Shown here piece by piece: positions 56,766 through 64,000 of a DNA stretch of 64,000 nucleotides. Within the stretch, counting starts at the first letter, position 1, and each line of letters starts with the position of its first letter. Made by a program: the position numbers and the translations under genes. A model generated the notes under the pieces. That model did no database searches. It worked only from the letters and a program-made list of their open reading frames with translations, and was not told the origin of the DNA. Source of the DNA: the human T2T-CHM13v2.0 reference genome, Homo sapiens; assembly GCF_009914755.1 (NCBI RefSeq), contig NC_060933.1, one strand, 5' to 3'.

Positions 56766-58727
56766 AAAACAAAAAACAGAACTTCTGGAAATGAAAAATT
56801 CACTTAAGAAATTTCAAAATACAGTTGAAAGTTTTAACAATAGACTGGACCAGGCAGAAGAAAGTATTTCAGAGCTTAAAGACCTCCAATTCATATCACC
56901 AACTAATAATTTTTTAAAAAATAGCTTGAAGACCCATCTTTCAAATTAACCCAAACAAAAATAAAGAAAAAAGAATTTTTAAAAATGAACAAAGCATTTC
57001 AGACATACAGGATTGTGCAAAGCAACCAAACCTATGGCTTATAGGCATTCCTGAGAAGGAAGAAGAAAAAGTAAGCAACCTGGAAAATATATTTGAGGGA
57101 ATAATTCAGGAAACTCCCTAATCTTTCTACAGAGGTGAACATACAGATACAAGACATTCAGAGAACACCTGCAAGACACTATGCAAGACGAACTTCACCA
57201 AGGCATATAGTCATCAGACTATCCAAGGTCAACACTAAAGAAAAAATTTTAAAGGCAACTAGAAAGAAGGGTCAAATCACCTACAAAGGAAAACCCATCA
57301 GACTAACAGCAAACTTCTCAGCAGAAACCCTACAAACCAGAAGAGATTGGGGTCTATTTTTAGCATCCTTAAAGAAAAAAAAATGCCAGCCAAGAATTTC
57401 ACATCCTGCCAAACTAAGCTTCATCAATGAAGAAGAAATAAAATATTTTCTAGACAAGCAAATACTAAGGGCATCTGTCACCACAAGACCTATCCTACAA
57501 GAAATGCTGAAGGGAATTCTAAACATGGAAATGAAAGGACAATACTCACCATCATAAAAGAACACGTAAGTGCAAAGCTCACAGATCTTATAAAACCATT
57601 ACACAATTGAAACTCCAAAACAACTAGCTAACAACACTATGACAGGAATAAAACCTCACATATCAATACTAACCTAAATGTAAATGACCTAAATGCCCCA
57701 CTTAAAAGATATGGAGTAGCAAACTAGTTTTTTAAAAAAAATACAAGACCCAACCATCTGCTGCCTACAAGTGACCCACCTACTGGCTAAAGATACCTTT
57801 CGACTCAAAGTAAAAGGGAGAAAGAAGACATAAAATGAGAATGGAAAACAAAAGTGAGCAGGAGTGACTATTCTCATATCAAGTAAAACAGACATAAACC
57901 AACTAACAGTAAAAAAAGACAAAGAAGGACATTATGTATAATGATAAAGGATTCAATATAACAAGAAGATTTAACTATTCTAAATATACATGCAACCAAT
58001 ACTGGGGCACCCAGATTTATCAAACAAATGCTACTAGACCTAAGAGAATAGACTGATATCAATACAATTATAGTGAGGGACTTCAACACCTCCACTGACA
58101 TCACTAGACAGATCATCGAGGCAGAAAATCAACAAAGAAACTTGGGACTTAACTGGGTTACAGACCAAATGGACCTAAAAGACATTTATAGAACATTCTA
58201 CTGAACAACCACAGAATATATATTCTTTTCATTTGTGCATGGAACATTCTCCAGAATCAACCATATACTCAGCCACAAAGCAAGTCTCAATAAAATCAAA
58301 TAAATGAAAATCATATCAAGTATTTTCTCATACCAGAGTGGGATGAAATTAGAAATCAATCCCAAGAAGAACTCTCAAAACTATACAAGTACATGGAACC
58401 TAAACAACTTGCTCCTGAACAACTCTTGGGTAAACAATGAAATTAAGGCAGAAATAAAAAAATTCTTTTAAATGAATGAAAACAAAGACACAACATACTA
58501 AAACCTCTGGTACACAGCAAAAGCAGTGCTAAGCGGAAAGTTTATAGCATTAATTAAACGCCTACATCAGAAAGACAGAAAGACCTCAAATTAACAACCT
58601 AACATCACAACTCAAGGAACTAGAAAAACAAGAACAAACCAACCCAAAGCTAGCAGAAGAAAAGAAATAACAAAGATCAGAACAAAACTAAATGAGATTG
58701 AGACAAAAAAAAAAAGGCAAGGACTCA

Positions 58728-59054
<327 letters not shown>

Positions 59055-60404
59055 TCAAAAGGATAAACCAATTGGCAGACCATTAGCTAGACTAACCAAG
59101 AAAATAAAAGAGAAGATTCAAATAAGCATAATCAAAAATGATAAAGGTGATATTACAACCAATACCACAGAAATACAAATGATCATAAGAGACTCCTATG
59201 AACTCATTTATGCACACAAACTAGAAAACCTAGAGGAAATGGATAAATTCCTGAAAACATACAAACTCCCAAGATTGAAACAGAAAGAAAAAGAAATCCC
59301 AAGCAGAACAATAATAAGTAAGTAATGAAATTAAACTAGTAATAAAAAATCTTCTGGAAAAAAAAAAAAAGCAGCTCAGGACCAGATGCATTCACAGCCA
59401 AATTTTACCAGACATATAAAGACAAGCTACTACCAATCTTAGTGAAACTATTACAAAAAATTTGAGGAGGTGCAATAACACCTTCTGTGAATCCAGGATC
59501 ACCCTGATACTAAAATCAGACAAGGACACAACAAAAAGAGAAAACTACCAACCAATATCCCTGAGGAACACAGATGCAAAAATCCTCCACAAAATACTAG
59601 CAAACTGAATCCAACACACATCAAAAATATAATTCATCACAATCAAGTGAGCTTTATTCCAGGTATGCAAGGATGGTTCAACATATGCAAATCAATAAAC
59701 TAAAAACAAAAACCGTATGATTATCTCAATAGACACAGAAAAAACAACTGATAAAATCCAACATGCCTTCCTGATAAAAACCTTCAACAAACCAGGCATC
59801 AAAGAAACATACCTCAAAATAATAAGAGCCATATATGACAAACCCACAGCCAACATCATATGGAATTGGGAAAAGTTGAAACATTTCCCCTAAGGACTGA
59901 AACAAATGAGGACACCCACTTTCACCACTCTTATTCAACATAATACTGGAAGTCCGAGCCAAAGAAATCAGGCAAGAGAAAGATATAAAAGGCATCCAAA
60001 TTGGAAAAAAGGAAGTCAAATTATCTTTGTTAATTGATGACATAATCATATACCTAGAAAGCCCCAAAGACTCCTCCCAAAAAGACAGAAAACCCCGAAG
60101 ACTCCTCCAAAAGACTCCTAGATTTGATAAACAACTTCAGTAAAGATACAAAATCAACGTACAAAAATCAGTAGCATTTCTATATACCAATTATGTTCAA
60201 GCTGAGAACCAAATCAAGAACTGAATCCCATTTATGTTAGCCACAACAAAAATCCTTGGAATACATTTAACCAAGGAGGTAAAAGATCTCTACAAGAAGA
60301 ACAACAAAACACTGATGAAAGAAATCACAGATCATACAAACAAATGGAAAAAACATCCCATGCACACGGACTGGAAGAATCAGTATCATTAAAATGACCA
60401 TATT

Positions 60405-60692
60405 GGCTGGGTGTGGTGCCTCATGCCTGTAATCCCAGCACTTTTGGAGGCTGAGACGGGCTGATCACTTGAGCTCAGAAGTTTAAGACCAGCCTGGGCA
60501 ACACGACAAAACCCTGTCTCTACAAAAAATATGAAAATTATCTGGGCGTGGTATCACATGCCTGTAGTCCTAGCAACTAAGGAGGCTTAAGTGGAAGGAT
60601 CACTTGAGTCTGGGAGGCATAGGTTGCAGTGAGCCAAGATCGCACCACTGCACTCAGCCCAGGTGACAGAGTGAGACCCTGTCTCAAAAATA
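60405..60692 (+). mobile_element. AluJ-like within L1 ORF2
   Basis: Diverged dimer, short tail, no TSD seen. Confidence 0.88.
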
Positions 60693-63436
60693 AGAAAGTA
60701 TTTGCAGACTATGCCTCTGACAAAAGACTAACATCCAGAATCTACAAGGAACTCAAACAACTCAACAAGAAAGAAACAACACCATTAAAAACTGGGCAAA
60801 AGGCCTGAACAGATATTTCTTAAATAAAATAATACAAGAGGCCAACAAACACATGAAAAAAAAAATGCTCAACATCACTAATCATCAGAGAAACACAAAT
60901 TAAAACCACAATGAGATATCATCTTATACCAGTCAGAATGGCTATTATTAAAAAATCAAAAAACAACAGATGTTGGATTGCTTATGGAGAAAAGGGAACA
61001 CTTGTACACTGTTGGTGGGAACAAACGTTGCTTCAACCTCTATGGAAAACAGTATGAAGATATCTCAAGGAGCTAAAAATAGTGCTACCATTTGAGACAG
61101 CAATCCCACTGCCTGGTATCTACCCAAAGGAAAAGAAATCATTATATAAAAAAGATTCCTGCACTCATATGTTTATCACAGTACTATTCACAATAGCAAA
61201 GTCATAGAACCAACCTAGGTGTCCATCAATGGTTGACTGGATAAAGAAAATGTGGAATAGATACAGAATGGAATACTATGTAGCCACAAAAAGGAATGAA
61301 ATCATCTTTGCGGCAACTTGAATGGCTAGAAGCCATTATCCTAGATGAAATAAGTCAGAAGCAGAAAATCAAATACCATGGGTTCTCACTTCTGAAAGCT
61401 AAACAATAGGTACAAATGCAAATAAAGATGGAAATAACAGACACTTGGTACTCCAAAAGAGGGGAGGGAGGATGGAGGTGAAGGTTGAAAAATTACCTTT
61501 TAGATACAATGTTCAATATTTGCGTGATGAGTACACTAGAAGCTCAATCCCCACCATTATGCAATATACCCATGTAACAGACATGCACATGTACCTTCAA
61601 ATCTAAAACTTTAAAAATAAAAAATGGTATCCACTAGAATTATGAAATGCAGGACTCTGACACACCACTGGAAATCTATTGCTTAATAGTATTAGCTACA
61701 TAGACAACATTTGTCTTTCTTACTAAAAAAAACTGTTTCCCAGACCAAATTCTGCCCAAGGATGATTCCTCAAAGAGCTGTTCTCATGGCCGATGATCAG
61801 AGGAAGGAGGAGGTGCTGCTGCTGACAATGAGAAAGCAAGAAGAGCCCAAAAATAAAAAGATACTCCCCAAGTATCATTTTACTGCCAACTCCAATCCCA
61901 TTTTGCCAGGCCTGTCACCAGTGCATTCAGAATCAAAGGAATATACTTTCAACTTTTTCTCTCCACTCTGGCCCTGTTCCTCACGAAGGAAAAACAGCTG
62001 AAAAAGGCCAAAGGGCAAGCACCAACAAAGGATATAACTGTTCTATTAAACGAGAAACTGGCGAATAGATAAACTAGATAAACTTCTCCCTAAATAATCT
62101 ATGCTTAGACTTCTTACAAAGCCTTCCTCAATCAAAACTGTAACCCTTAGTATTATCTGTAGGGCGTGGGTAATCTTTAGATTCTTTGTACTTTTCAATG
62201 TTTTTTTTTCAATTTTTTCAAAAATGATAATGTACCATTTTAACAATAATGAAAAAAGTTAAGCATATATTTTGAGTAATTTAAGTCTATATTCATGAAG
62301 GGAATATTCAAATATTAATTTAAGGAAACACCCTCTGATCATCCCTTTTTATCACACATAACTCAAAATAGTTATCTAAGAAATATGCAAGAACAGTATA
62401 ATTTATTATTTTTGGCCCTCTCCACATGAAGAAGTCAGAATACATCACTACTCAATGTGTTTCTCATGTTATTTTAGACCTTTTAGAAGTCTTCCAACCT
62501 TTCACTACTTTAAAAAAGTCAGTTCTTGAATGTGGTTTTTCTAATTTTATCTTTTCTATTTCCTGCATTGATAACATGCTTCAATAGGTCTACTATTATA
62601 TTCCTGAACTGCTTGCAAACTTATTACTTTATGCATATTTACCATCTCAATCTGGTCCTTCATGCATCTACCTTTGCTAAAAACGAACAATGATTCATGC
62701 CTTATTGAAGGAATCAGCCCTCATAGGAAGCTAAGAGATGGCGCTCTCACGAGTTCTCTAATACCAGCCGTGTTTCCCATCTTTGGCAGATGAGAAAAAT
62801 GTAGCACATGAGGCCCATGTGAATGTGATATTTGCCAAGTGTCCCTTAGCTCTGTATGGAAAATGGGGAATGACAAGCTCATTCAAATAGATGGATTCAT
62901 AACTGTTTGAACAGCTTCTCTCAAGAGGTACTTCCCTTTATCATGTGTTTTACATTTGTATCAGAAACTGGGATTAAAATAGAGAATGCAAGGTTAAAAA
63001 AAAAAAAACTCTGCAAAACAATGAAACTGGAAAAGATAGCAGTGAATGAACCATAATTTAAAAAGATAATGCTCTAAGTGGATGACTTATATTTAGTAAA
63101 CTAAAATTTAATTTTTATCCATAAACATTTAGGAATGCCATATTCCAGGCATGGTATCAGATGTTAAAGCACAAAAAATAATAGCATGCCTGCTCTCAAA
63201 GATGATACCTGAGTGAGAATAAATTATAAATTCCTGAATTTATAATTTATAAAATCTAACTGAATAAAAACAGGATAAAAGAGATGTGACTTAAAAACAT
63301 TGTAAAAAGTTGTGAATTATTTTAAATGAATTTGTGAACACAACAGAATATGAATCCTGATACAACTTAAGCTGTATTAAGAAAACTATAGCATCTAGAA
63401 TGAGGAAAATAGTAATCTTTCGTAAGTTTCTTTTAA

Positions 63437-63747
<311 letters not shown>

Positions 63748-64000
63748 TAATTAACTCTGACTTAAAAATATAATTATCTCTTAATCAGAGTACAAACTTC
63801 ATAAAGGCAGGATTGTATCGCAGCACCTAGTACAGTGTCTTGCAGGTAATGATCTTCAATACCACTGTGCTGGTTGATTAAATAAATAAACAAAGGAGCA
63901 AATGAAGGATAACATCATTCTCCTCTAGTCAGACCAGTCACACCTGGCCTATCTGATGGTCTAGACATACACTTTTAAGAATATCAACAACGGGAAATGC

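Noticed and set aside
57135-57557. L1 ORF1p C-terminal ORF as sign of an active L1
   Set aside because: ORF1 is split by the SVA; ORF2 has stops, frameshifts and a large deletion.

Overview
Hominoid (very likely human) genomic DNA, rich in Alu, L1 and SVA. The window lies inside the minus-strand gene TTC39B (tetratricopeptide repeat domain 39B). I traced 15 consecutive coding exons (47575 down to 3866; probably exons 3-17 of about 20). All have GT-AG boundaries and matching phases, giving an uninterrupted frame (...SSHSDMATSSLHF...KVDLKSGLEECAVALNLFLSNKF...EMMYVWNGF...AALQSQ). The gene's start and end lie outside the window. Introns hold many Alus, a near full-length Tigger1, a HERV-L pol fragment, a THE1 LTR, 5S and U6 retrocopies, and a TSD-bounded old L1. 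Most ORF-track entries are repeat-derived noise. Top observations: (1) an SVA inside that L1 carries about 640 bp of CpG-rich non-SVA sequence inside its TSDs (5' transduction); (2) three decayed paralogues of TTC39B exon 3 and its acceptor recur at about 2.0-2.3 kb spacing in the next intron, one still an open, in-frame, AG/GT-bounded candidate cassette exon; (3) a 220-bp direct repeat brackets exon 6. Repeat subfamily calls and exon numbering come from recall of consensus sequences, not from searches.
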